NCBI RefSeq assembly: GCF_004365815.1
Contig: NZ_SODD01000022.1
Coordinates: forward strand, 1-32,000
Direction: 5' to 3'
Source of the DNA: Breznakia blatticola
Lineage (GTDB): Bacteria > Bacillota_I > Bacilli_A > Erysipelotrichales > Erysipelotrichaceae
Length of the DNA: 32,000 nt
Shown: positions 13,605-22,663 of the stretch, piece after piece
Layout: each line of letters opens with the position of its first letter
Numbering within the stretch: position 1 is the first letter of the stretch
Program-made: the position numbers and the translations under genes
Notes under the pieces: model-generated
The model's input: the letters and a program-made list of their open reading frames with translations, nothing else
Databases searched by the model: none
What the model was told of the DNA's origin: nothing

Positions 13605-14328
13605 AAATTATTGGAAGTCTGAATCATACTATGATCAACCATCAGAGAGTACCTTAAAAACTAATTCATCTAATTCGCAGAAAAAGATGAAAGAAAAAGG
13701 TGTGGAATTAGAACCTATCATTATTACTGGTAGAAGTATTGCCAATAACTGGTGGGGGAAAGCATGGTGTATGAATCTTGAGAGATATGCTGATTATGAT
13801 TCTCGATTACCAAGAGGAAAACGTTATGTTCGAATGGGAACGGTTATTGACTTGAAAATCGAAAAAGGAAAAATTGCTGCAAGAGTACAAGGAAATCGCA
13901 AAACTCCATACAAAATTGAAGTTCGAATCAGCCCACTTTCAGAAGCAAAGTGCCAAGCAATTATTCAAAAAAGCAGCCATAAAATTGAGAATTTAGAAGC
14001 CCTTGTTAGTGGGCAATTCCCTGAAGAATTAAAAGATGTTTTCCTTTCAAGCGAAGGCCTATTTCCATCACCAAAAGAGATAAGCTTTAACTGCAGTTGT
14101 CCTGATTGGGCAAATATGTGTAAACATGTTGCAGCTGTATTATATGGGGTGGGAGCTCGCTTTGATAATGACCCACTATTATTCTTCCGTTTGCGTGGAA
14201 TTGAAGTTGACCGCTTTATTGATGTTGCAATTGCTAATAAAGTAGAAAGTATGTTAGAAAATGTTCATGTGAAAAGCAAGCGAATTCTTAATGAAGATGA
14301 TATATCTTCGTTATTTGGTATCTTATAA
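13597..14328 (+). CDS. SWIM zinc-finger protein (YwqB-like partner of the SNF2 ATPase)
   Basis: 243 aa. CSCPDWANMCKH (CxCx6CxH) at 14092-14127 is the SWIM signature. 8-nt overlap with the SNF2 stop. AGGAGCAGGA RBS lies inside the end of the SNF2 gene. Confidence 0.85.
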   Translation: MSRNYWKSESYYDQPSESTLKTNSSNSQKKMKEKGVELEPIIITGRSIANNWWGKAWCMNLERYADYDSRLPRGKRYVRMGTVIDLKIEKGKIAARVQGNRKTPYKIEVRISPLSEAKCQAIIQKSSHKIENLEALVSGQFPEELKDVFLSSEGLFPSPKEISFNCSCPDWANMCKHVAAVLYGVGARFDNDPLLFFRLRGIEVDRFIDVAIANKVESMLENVHVKSKRILNEDDISSLFGIL

Positions 14329-14455
14329 AAATATACATAACTGAACAAACAATTGAAAGAGTTGTAGTAGATCCTATCGTGCTTAGTGTTTTACACGATG
14401 ATAGACGAGAGATTTGAATTTGAAACACTTACAATTTGATGTCAGTTTGTTAGGT

Positions 14456-14502
14456 GAAAAGTGTCCATATTTGTTCTCTAGTAACAATGATGGATACTTT
14501 TC
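14456..14502 (+). terminator. Possible terminator / long hairpin downstream of the SWIM gene
   Basis: gaaaagtgtccat (14456-14468) pairs with atggatacttttc (14490-14502), with one G:U pair. The loop is about 21 nt, and the right arm ends in a short T-rich stretch. The large loop lowers confidence. Confidence 0.35.
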
Positions 14503-14615
14503 TTATATCGAATACGTAGTAAAAAATTGAAATTATCTCATAAATAAGGATATATGACGAGTTTTCTTCTGCAAGTGATTATATTTATTTATCGGTCCAA
14601 AGTATATAAGCCACA

Positions 14616-14644
14616 TTCACATCCTATCTAATCTTTGATATAAT
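14616..14644 (+). promoter_or_regulatory. Sigma-A-type promoter for the four-gene jet operon
   Basis: TTCACA (14616-21), a 17-nt spacer ending in TG (extended -10), then TATAAT (14639-44). The -10 overlaps the first ATG of the ORF (14643), which argues that the real start is the ATG at 14667. Confidence 0.5.
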
Positions 14645-16151
14645 GCAAATGAAAAGCGAGAGTATTATGGAAATTTATGAGAAACTAATTAAACAAGTTA
14701 CAGAAGTAAAATACTTACAGGCGGAGAATGCAGATCGATATCGTGTAATTATCCGTCATTTTTTTAATGAATATGAAAGTATACAATATTGGTTATTTAA
14801 AGAAGATGTATATGAGATGATGATGGACACTGGCTTTTTTAAAGACTATACAATTGAAAAATGTCAAAGCGATTTGGAAGCATTAATCGAGTGGGGAAAT
14901 TTGAGCGCCATTCAAGATACGTCCAAAGTAACAACAATTGATGAATTTAAGAATAAAAAGTATCGATACCAACTAAATGAATATACTGTAGAGATTGAAC
15001 GTATGATTTTACGTTTAGAAAATTTGGAAATAGAAGGAGCGTCACTAGAACCAACCTTGTTGGAACGATTGGCTACTTCTTTACGTAATTTTCCTAAAAT
15101 CTTACAAAAGAATAGTGAAGGAATTAGTGTTTGGTGGCGTGATGTAAACAATGATTTCATGAGATTGAATCAAAACTACCAAGATTATTTGAAAACCTTA
15201 AACTCACAACGAGCAGAAGAATTGATGCAGTCTGAAGAGTTTCTTGTCTACAAAGATCATTTGATTTCATATTTACGTAACTTCGTGTTGGGGTTACAAA
15301 AGCATGGGTCGATTATTGGAGGATATTTGCAACATGTAAATACAAAGGATGTAGATTCCATGGTAGCAGAAGTAGTTGCCTATGAAATGTCAATCCCACG
15401 TTTGGATCGTATCATTGATGAAGAAGAATTAGAAACTTCCATTCGTAAACGTTGGAATAATCTCATACATTGGTTCGTGGATGGCATAAGACAAAGTGAG
15501 TTATCAAGACTGTATGATACGACTAATGAAGTCATTCGCAAAATTACTCGTTATGCACAACAAATTAGTGAGAGTAAACACCGTAATGCAAATCGTAAGC
15601 AAGAGTATAAACATATCGCCAACATTTTTGGAAAATGTGATTCCTTATTTGAAGCACATTGTTTGAGTGCACAAGTATTTGGTGTACGAGATATGTTTCA
15701 TTTTGTGGATTTAGATGCGCGTAGTACAGATAATATAGATAGTGGTGTATATGATGAAAAACCAAGTATGAGAAAACTTGAACCTCGTGCACGTATCGCA
15801 AGGAAAACAACGACACGTGAAGTAGCAAGAGATTACGCATTAGAAAAACAGATGTATCTACTACAGGTGGAAGCAGAAAAAAAGAAACAACAAGATACAC
15901 TTAATGAACTTATGCAAGAAGGAAAGATAACATTTCAGGAACTCCCTTTAATTTCTGCGTTTACGCGTAAAATGTTACTTACATGGGTTTCCAAAGCACT
16001 GCAAAATAAAAACAAGCAAGCAAAGACTGAATTTGGTACACGCTATAAAGTACATGTACCTGATGTTGAAGATACATGCAAAGTAGAGTGTGAAGATGGA
16101 ATATTTCACGCACCTAATTTTGTGATTGAGTTTATGGAGGATGTACAATGA
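14643..16151 (+). CDS. jetA: Wadjet type II JetA-like subunit (kleisin/MksB-like; DUF2397/TIGR02677-like by size and position)
   Basis: First gene of the overlapping four-gene operon. 502 aa (494 aa if the start is 14667, MEIYEKL...). Helical and charged, with no enzymatic motifs. Called from operon architecture rather than from recognisable motifs. Confidence 0.6.
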   Translation: MQMKSESIMEIYEKLIKQVTEVKYLQAENADRYRVIIRHFFNEYESIQYWLFKEDVYEMMMDTGFFKDYTIEKCQSDLEALIEWGNLSAIQDTSKVTTIDEFKNKKYRYQLNEYTVEIERMILRLENLEIEGASLEPTLLERLATSLRNFPKILQKNSEGISVWWRDVNNDFMRLNQNYQDYLKTLNSQRAEELMQSEEFLVYKDHLISYLRNFVLGLQKHGSIIGGYLQHVNTKDVDSMVAEVVAYEMSIPRLDRIIDEEELETSIRKRWNNLIHWFVDGIRQSELSRLYDTTNEVIRKITRYAQQISESKHRNANRKQEYKHIANIFGKCDSLFEAHCLSAQVFGVRDMFHFVDLDARSTDNIDSGVYDEKPSMRKLEPRARIARKTTTREVARDYALEKQMYLLQVEAEKKKQQDTLNELMQEGKITFQELPLISAFTRKMLLTWVSKALQNKNKQAKTEFGTRYKVHVPDVEDTCKVECEDGIFHAPNFVIEFMEDVQ

Positions 16152-17263
16152 AAGAACTACAAAGCTTAATCGCAAAACAGTGGATAATCAAGGCAGATGA
16201 TCCAGAATTGTACTATAAGATTAAAGACCAACTGAAAATACTCCGCAATTTTGTGCAGGAGAAATTAGGATATCAAATCATAGTGAGTCCTTTGATGATT
16301 AAACTTGAGAAACTACCAGCAAAAGCGGAACCTTGGATGGGGATTCAAGAATTTCAAAGTATTAAAGAATATCAAATGCTTTGTTTCGTATTAATGTTTT
16401 TAGAAGACAAAGAAAATGAGCAACAATTTGTACTTTCGGAAATTACAGAGTTTATACTTGTGCAGTTCCAAGATGAAAGCATTGATTGGACAAAATTCAC
16501 AACACGTAAGCAATTGATTCGAGTACTTAAGTTTTGTGTTGATATGGGAATGTTAGTTGTTAATGATGGAGATGGGGAATTGTTTTCAAAAGATGTTGAA
16601 ATTGAAGTGTTGTATGAAAATACTGGAATTTCACGCTATTTCCTGCGTAATTTTTTTAGTGATGTGTTACGTTTAAATCAGCCAAGAGATTTTCATGATT
16701 CGACATGGTTTGATGTTGATGAAACCAGTGGTATTGTACGTCGACAAAGAGTGTATCGTCGATTATTGCTTTCACCAGGAGTCTATCGTGAAAACGATGC
16801 ATTAGAAGATTTTGCTTATCTTAGAAATAAAAGAAATCAAATTGAACGTGATTTTCAAAGTTTCTTACCTTGTGAAATACACTTACATAAATCTAGTGCC
16901 TATTTAGTTTTGGAGGACTATAAAAAAAGTTCATACTTCCCGAAAACCCAAGCCAAAGATGAAGTGCTTTTGTGTATATGCAAAGCTATTCAAGAGTATG
17001 CAGGTGAGCAAGTATTAGCAGAACATGAAATACTGTCTTTATCATTTAAAGATTTTGAACATCTTGTATTTCAATGTATTACACGAATTATTAAAGCTTT
17101 ACCCAAAACGTATCGTGATAAAACAGTTTCATTACTAAGCAATGAGGCAATTGAACACTTAATTAACTATGGGTTTGTCGTAGTGGAAAATGAAATAGTG
17201 AAGATCCAACCAATTGTGGCGAAAATTGGTGGTAGCTATGAAGGAGTAGATGACAATGAATAA
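16148..17263 (+). CDS. jetB: Wadjet type II JetB-like subunit (MksE-like; DUF2398/TIGR02678-like by size and position)
   Basis: 371 aa. ATGA start/stop overlap with the upstream gene, and a GGAGGA RBS at 16136-16141. No catalytic motifs. The size fits type II JetB rather than the shorter type I JetB. Confidence 0.6.
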   Translation: MKELQSLIAKQWIIKADDPELYYKIKDQLKILRNFVQEKLGYQIIVSPLMIKLEKLPAKAEPWMGIQEFQSIKEYQMLCFVLMFLEDKENEQQFVLSEITEFILVQFQDESIDWTKFTTRKQLIRVLKFCVDMGMLVVNDGDGELFSKDVEIEVLYENTGISRYFLRNFFSDVLRLNQPRDFHDSTWFDVDETSGIVRRQRVYRRLLLSPGVYRENDALEDFAYLRNKRNQIERDFQSFLPCEIHLHKSSAYLVLEDYKKSSYFPKTQAKDEVLLCICKAIQEYAGEQVLAEHEILSLSFKDFEHLVFQCITRIIKALPKTYRDKTVSLLSNEAIEHLINYGFVVVENEIVKIQPIVAKIGGSYEGVDDNE

Positions 17264-20200
17264 GAAATGGAAAATGCATCGGTTTGGACTTATCGATTTT
17301 TGGTATTATGTAAATGAAGAATTCTACTTTTCTGATGGACATATGCTTCTTAGAGGGAGTAATGGTAGTGGGAAATCTGTAACGTTACAAAGTTGTATTC
17401 CTTTGCTACTGGACGGAAATCGTAGTAGCGAAAGAATCGATCCGTTTGGAACACGCGCAAGAAAAGTAGACACTTATTTAATTGATGAAGACAGTGATCG
17501 TGAGGAACGCATTGGCTATCTTTACTTGGAATTTAAGAAAAGTGATAGTGAGTTATATACAACTATAGGAATGGGACTTAGAGCACGTAAAAATAAACCA
17601 CTTGAAAGTTGGTATTTTGTGATTGAAGACAATATGCGTGTCAATAAAGACTTGCAACTTATCAAACACGGTCTTGCGCTGACGAAAAAAGAATTACGTA
17701 ATATCATTGGTAATCAATTAATTGAGCAACAAAAACAATATATGGAAAAAGTTAATAAAGTACTTTTTGGTTTTGAGACAACTGAAGAATATAAGGAAGC
17801 AATTGATTTGTTACTTCAAGTACGTCGTCCAAAATTAAGTAATGATTTTAAGCCAACAATGTTAAACGAGGTACTTAATCAATCTTTACAACCACTAAGT
17901 GAAGAAGACTTACGTCCTATGAGTGAAGCGATTACCAACATGGACAGCATCAAAGACCAGTTGGATACACTCAAGATTAATATTCAAGCTGCAAATGTTA
18001 TTGAAAAAGAATACGATTTACATAGCTATTACAATGTGTTTAGAAAGCTTGAACTTTATGAGCAAGAACAAAAACAACTAAAATCTTTGCAAAATGAATT
18101 GGAATTCAAAGGAAAAGAAATTCAACGTATTCAACAAGAAAGAGAGTATTTAGATGCGCGTCAAATCGATTTAGATAATGAGCGTAGTATCTTAGAAGAA
18201 GAACGTCGAAGTTTAGCTAGTGACGACATACAAGCAAAACAAGATACTTTACAAGATGCAAATCATAAACATGGTGATTTAGTTATTGCTTTGGCCAATA
18301 AAGAAAAGAAAATAAACGCACTTGATAGTGATCTGTGGGATCAACGCAAGCGCGAAAAACAAAAACAAGATGAGATGGATGCTAAGTACGCACAACTACA
18401 AATATATATTCAAGAATTGGATGGACTTCATGAATCCTTTGTTTTTGGTGAACACGAATCCATGAAAGAATCCGTCTTTCCAAAACTTGAAAGACAATAT
18501 GATTTAAATCATGAACGTACACAACTACAAAATCTGATAACGAAGACAAGAGAAGGATTGCAACACTTTAAAAATCTTTCGATTTACCAAATGCAAAAGA
18601 ATAATATTCAAGAAGCTTACGAACTTGATAAAGAGGTATATACGATACAAGAAAAATTGTTGGTGCAACAACAACAAAACTATCAAAATGTAGTGGAAGA
18701 CTATAAAGCAAATATCGTCAGTTGGAATTATGAAAACCATTTACTAAAACTAAGTGATGAACAAAAACAACAAATGATGAAAGCTTTACTTGCTTATGAA
18801 GATCAGCAAGATTATCACACCATACGTGATTGTCTCGATACGCTCTACAAGAAACAGGAAAAAGAATTTCTACATAAACAATTATTCCTAGACAATAAAA
18901 GCAAAGAAATTCACCAACAAAAAAGTCAAATGGAAAGAGAGATGGAAGTTTGGCAAAATAAGCAAGATATTCAGCCAGAACTACACCAAGAAGCTCTAGA
19001 AAATCGTAAGTTGTTGCGCAAAATGAAGATTCCATTTGTGCCGTTTTATAGTGTGTTGGAGTTTGATCCAAACATGCAAGACTCACAGCGAAATTATTGG
19101 GAAGAAGTGATTGATGCAACTGGCTTACTTCACGCAACAATTGTTGAAGAAAAGTACCGTGAACAAATCTTATCTATGGATGAAGCGTATGCAGATGTCT
19201 ATGTCTTTACAGAACGCACTTTAGAGTCTATTGATTCTTATGAAATTAAAGCAAACACAACGCTTGCTCAAATCATGGATACATTACAGATTGTAGAGAA
19301 AAGTAAAGTCATTGTACACGAACAGACAATTCAGTTAGGATATCTTGAGAAACGAATTTCACAAAGAAATCAATCCAAATACATTGGAAGTAAGGCGCGT
19401 GAAGCATACCGTAAAAAGATGTTGATGCAAATGCAAGAGCAACTTGATGCAATAACTTTATTGATGGAAGAAAATCAAAAAGAGTGGCAAACATTACAAG
19501 ATGATAAACAACAACTAGAAAATGAGTATCATGGATTTCCTAGTGAAACGCGATTATATGATTCCTATAAAGCAGTACACAATGTAGAAATTGCATTAGA
19601 GAATCTACAGTCCCAAATGGATATTAAAAACAAGAACTTACAAGAGATTCATGCAAAAATGCAACCGATTGTTTTAGAAATCAATAAGATTGCTAAACTT
19701 GTGGATATCGAAGAAAATGAAGTAGTTTTTCAAGAAAAATTGGAAGTAATGAAGGACTATGAAACAGTATTCACAAGATTTAGTGACTTGCAAAATAAAT
19801 ACTATAGTGATTTTGAGATTTTGCAGACACGAAAAGAAATGTTAGAAAGTACGCAACTACAATTAGATGAAATACAAGGTGATGTGATACGTATAAAACA
19901 AGATATTACGAAAGTAGAAGGTCAAATTTCAATACTTGAGGAACAACTTCAAGACTTGGGAATTGCAGATATCCAACAACGCTTAGAAACAATTGGTAAT
20001 CGACTTTTCTCAATTGGAAAAGAGCGAGATAACAATCAATTAACGATTGGAGATCACAATCGAAATATTCTTAATTTAAATGATGCAAAAAATGAGATAG
20101 TTGAGCAAATCAAACAGCAAGAAGTAAAAGTTGTGCAATATCAAGATGTTCTTATCGAAGAATTACAAATTGGATATTTTGAACATCCTATTAATTCCTT

Positions 20201-21254
20201 TCAAGAACTTAAAGCGTACAAAACAGAAGATCATGAAAAACGTATGTTACTGGGAAAAAATACTGCGAAGATGCAAGATATTTTCCATAATAATAAGGCA
20301 CCATTAGCTGAATACCATTTATCAAATACACCATTACAAATAATGGATGGTGTTGAAGGAGTACCAACACGTTTTGTGATTGATGCTAAATTTGCTGGAA
20401 AACAAGTGAATTTCTTCAAACTAGTTGAAATTTTGAAAGAAACGATTGAGGAACATGAAAAACTACTACTCGATAGTGATCGTCAATTATTTGAAGATAT
20501 ATTGATTCACACGATTAGTAGTAAGGTAAAATACAAAATTAATCAAAGTCGACGTTGGGTCGAACAAATGAATGTATATATGGATGCAATGAATACAAGT
20601 AGTAATTTGAAATTGCAACTTGTATGGAAGGCAAAAAAAGCTGACGATGATGAACAAATGCATGTAAATGAGTTAATTAAGTTATTAGAAATTGATGCAG
20701 CAATTATCAAGCCAAGCGACTTAACAAAAATTTCTCGTCATTTCCGTTCAAAGATTAACCAAGCACGGACCATCGCAAATAGTACAGAAAGCTTTAGTAG
20801 TTTTCATCAAATTATGAAAGAAGTAATGGACTATCGTTCATGGTTTGAATTTACTATTATTTATGAAAAAGACTTAGTAAAAGATAAGGAACTAACGAAT
20901 AATAAATTTGCGACTTTCAGTGGTGGAGAGAAAGCAATTTCGATGTACATTCCTTTATTTTCAGCCGTGGCTGCAAAGTTTAGTAGTGGAAAAGCGGATG
21001 CACCAAGTATGATTGCTTTAGATGAAGCGTTTGCGGGAGTTGATGATAACAATATCGAATCAATGTTCGAATTAATAGAAAAGTTTAACTTTGATTATAT
21101 TATGAACTCACAAATCTTATGGGGAGATTATCCAAGTGTTAAGTCTTTAAATATATATGAATTACATCGACCTGAAGGAGGTAAGTTCGTTAGTATATTT
21201 AGATACCACTGGAATGGACAAGAAAAAAGTTATATTGCAGGAGATGTTGCATGA
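17250..21254 (+). CDS. jetC: Wadjet JetC-like SMC/MukB-type ATPase (EptC/MksF-like)
   Basis: 1334 aa. N-terminal head carries Walker A GSNGSGKS (17355-17378). About 1100 aa of Q/E/K/L-rich coiled coil follow. C-terminal head carries the signature FSGGEKA (SGGEK at 20919-20933) and Walker B MIALDEAFAGVDD (DE at 21021-21026). AGGAG at 17242-17246 favours the ATG at 17256 as the true start. Confidence 0.85.
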   Translation: MTMNKKWKMHRFGLIDFWYYVNEEFYFSDGHMLLRGSNGSGKSVTLQSCIPLLLDGNRSSERIDPFGTRARKVDTYLIDEDSDREERIGYLYLEFKKSDSELYTTIGMGLRARKNKPLESWYFVIEDNMRVNKDLQLIKHGLALTKKELRNIIGNQLIEQQKQYMEKVNKVLFGFETTEEYKEAIDLLLQVRRPKLSNDFKPTMLNEVLNQSLQPLSEEDLRPMSEAITNMDSIKDQLDTLKINIQAANVIEKEYDLHSYYNVFRKLELYEQEQKQLKSLQNELEFKGKEIQRIQQEREYLDARQIDLDNERSILEEERRSLASDDIQAKQDTLQDANHKHGDLVIALANKEKKINALDSDLWDQRKREKQKQDEMDAKYAQLQIYIQELDGLHESFVFGEHESMKESVFPKLERQYDLNHERTQLQNLITKTREGLQHFKNLSIYQMQKNNIQEAYELDKEVYTIQEKLLVQQQQNYQNVVEDYKANIVSWNYENHLLKLSDEQKQQMMKALLAYEDQQDYHTIRDCLDTLYKKQEKEFLHKQLFLDNKSKEIHQQKSQMEREMEVWQNKQDIQPELHQEALENRKLLRKMKIPFVPFYSVLEFDPNMQDSQRNYWEEVIDATGLLHATIVEEKYREQILSMDEAYADVYVFTERTLESIDSYEIKANTTLAQIMDTLQIVEKSKVIVHEQTIQLGYLEKRISQRNQSKYIGSKAREAYRKKMLMQMQEQLDAITLLMEENQKEWQTLQDDKQQLENEYHGFPSETRLYDSYKAVHNVEIALENLQSQMDIKNKNLQEIHAKMQPIVLEINKIAKLVDIEENEVVFQEKLEVMKDYETVFTRFSDLQNKYYSDFEILQTRKEMLESTQLQLDEIQGDVIRIKQDITKVEGQISILEEQLQDLGIADIQQRLETIGNRLFSIGKERDNNQLTIGDHNRNILNLNDAKNEIVEQIKQQEVKVVQYQDVLIEELQIGYFEHPINSFQELKAYKTEDHEKRMLLGKNTAKMQDIFHNNKAPLAEYHLSNTPLQIMDGVEGVPTRFVIDAKFAGKQVNFFKLVEILKETIEEHEKLLLDSDRQLFEDILIHTISSKVKYKINQSRRWVEQMNVYMDAMNTSSNLKLQLVWKAKKADDDEQMHVNELIKLLEIDAAIIKPSDLTKISRHFRSKINQARTIANSTESFSSFHQIMKEVMDYRSWFEFTIIYEKDLVKDKELTNNKFATFSGGEKAISMYIPLFSAVAAKFSSGKADAPSMIALDEAFAGVDDNNIESMFELIEKFNFDYIMNSQILWGDYPSVKSLNIYELHRPEGGKFVSIFRYHWNGQEKSYIAGDVA

Positions 21255-22540
21255 TTGAACAATTTGTCCGATATCTAAAAGATACACCAGGACTAGTTCG
21301 TTTTATGGATGCGTGGAAGGAAAAATATATCAAACTAAATACACTAGGTGGCACTATTAAACTAGATGATTTAAGCACCGAAGAGAAAAGTGCGATCGGT
21401 GCTTTAATCGGACGTGACTTAAGTCAGCAAAATTCTATCGTATTAAGTTATACAAAACTTATTAAAGCTTTGCGCAATACAAGATTTGAGGAAGTTGATT
21501 TTCAAGATGTTGTACTTGCATATTATGATGGATGTATTGTTTCCAAAAAAGAGGAAAATGCGGTACAACAAGAAAAAAGGAAAATATTAAAACATAAACT
21601 ATTTAATGATCTTAAGGCGACTATAGCTTATGGGTGGTTAGTAAAGATGGAAGTAGAAAATCCATCTTTATTCACACAAATGCTTCAACAATATAAACGA
21701 AATCCACAAAGAATTATGATGATTACCCAAGCACTTAATACACTACCCATTTGGGAAAATAAGGTACGTTCTTTAAGTGTGTTTGCTAGCAGTGTTGCAC
21801 AAGATCCACATTTTTTTGATGGTGGTAGCAACCTTAATTTCTTGTTGCACGCCATTCAATATGCATTAGATGTACAAGAAACACCAACAAGTCGTATTGA
21901 AAAAAATGAAATACTTGCAAGAGCTGGGTTGCTAAAGGAAGAAACCACAAATTACATTACCGTATTTCAAGTACAAATGAAAAACAAAAAGAATATTGAA
22001 GATGTTGGTCTTACTTGGTTTACAAAACAAGGACAGTCGATAAATCTACATATTGGAAATTTACAGACATATCAAGAAGCTTATGGTAGTACCCATATTC
22101 TTATTTTAGAAAATCCTTCAGTATTTCAAGTGCTTCAACAATATTTAATTGATCAAAAAATCAAGAATGTAGGGATTGTTTGTACATATGGAGAGTTAAC
22201 TTTAGCTGCCTATAAACTTTTAGATATTCTCAAACTATGCGATGCACATTTGTATTACGCAGGAGATTTTGATCCTGAAGGAGTACTTATTGCACAAAGA
22301 GTAAGTCAACGTCTAGAAGGGAACATCTCATTTCTTCACTATACGAAAAGTGATTTTGAATGTGCAAGTGCGAAAGCTATTCACTCAGATTCACGTCTGC
22401 AGAAATTAGAAAATGTTTCATTAAGTGATTTAAGTGTAATTAAAGAGTGTATACGAGAGTTTCAAACTGTTGGGTATCAAGAAGCATTACTTACTAAATA
22501 TATGCGGACAATTGATGTGTGGAATATGAGTATGAAGTAA
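21251..22540 (+). CDS. jetD: Wadjet JetD-like Toprim nuclease subunit (MksG-like; DUF3323 + DUF2399-like)
   Basis: 429 aa. ATGA overlap with jetC, and an AGGAGA RBS. The C-terminal half carries HILILENPSVF (Glu codon at 22109-22111) and YYAGDFDPEG (DxD at 22265-22273). Together these give the Toprim E...DxD pattern. Confidence 0.8.
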   Translation: MIEQFVRYLKDTPGLVRFMDAWKEKYIKLNTLGGTIKLDDLSTEEKSAIGALIGRDLSQQNSIVLSYTKLIKALRNTRFEEVDFQDVVLAYYDGCIVSKKEENAVQQEKRKILKHKLFNDLKATIAYGWLVKMEVENPSLFTQMLQQYKRNPQRIMMITQALNTLPIWENKVRSLSVFASSVAQDPHFFDGGSNLNFLLHAIQYALDVQETPTSRIEKNEILARAGLLKEETTNYITVFQVQMKNKKNIEDVGLTWFTKQGQSINLHIGNLQTYQEAYGSTHILILENPSVFQVLQQYLIDQKIKNVGIVCTYGELTLAAYKLLDILKLCDAHLYYAGDFDPEGVLIAQRVSQRLEGNISFLHYTKSDFECASAKAIHSDSRLQKLENVSLSDLSVIKECIREFQTVGYQEALLTKYMRTIDVWNMSMK

Positions 22541-22663
22541 ATGATGATGCAATTGTGTCATAGAAAATACGTAAATGATACTATCGAAAGTGTATTGGAA
22601 AGACAAAAACATCGAAAATTTGAGTTTATTGTCCATGCATATACTCTTTCAATGAAAATATAC

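Noticed and set aside
11702-21052. Short minus-strand or alternate-frame ORFs inside the SNF2, SWIM, jetA and jetC genes (e.g. 11702-11965, 12422-12706, 13409-13642, 14912-15160, 15565-15900, 15975-16175, 17522-17707, 18525-19140, 19309-19494, 20231-20419, 20861-21052)
   Set aside because: They are embedded antisense in long ORFs that carry catalytic motifs. The Ser/Phe/Leu/Cys-rich translations are typical of reverse-strand reading of Q/E/K-rich coding sequence.
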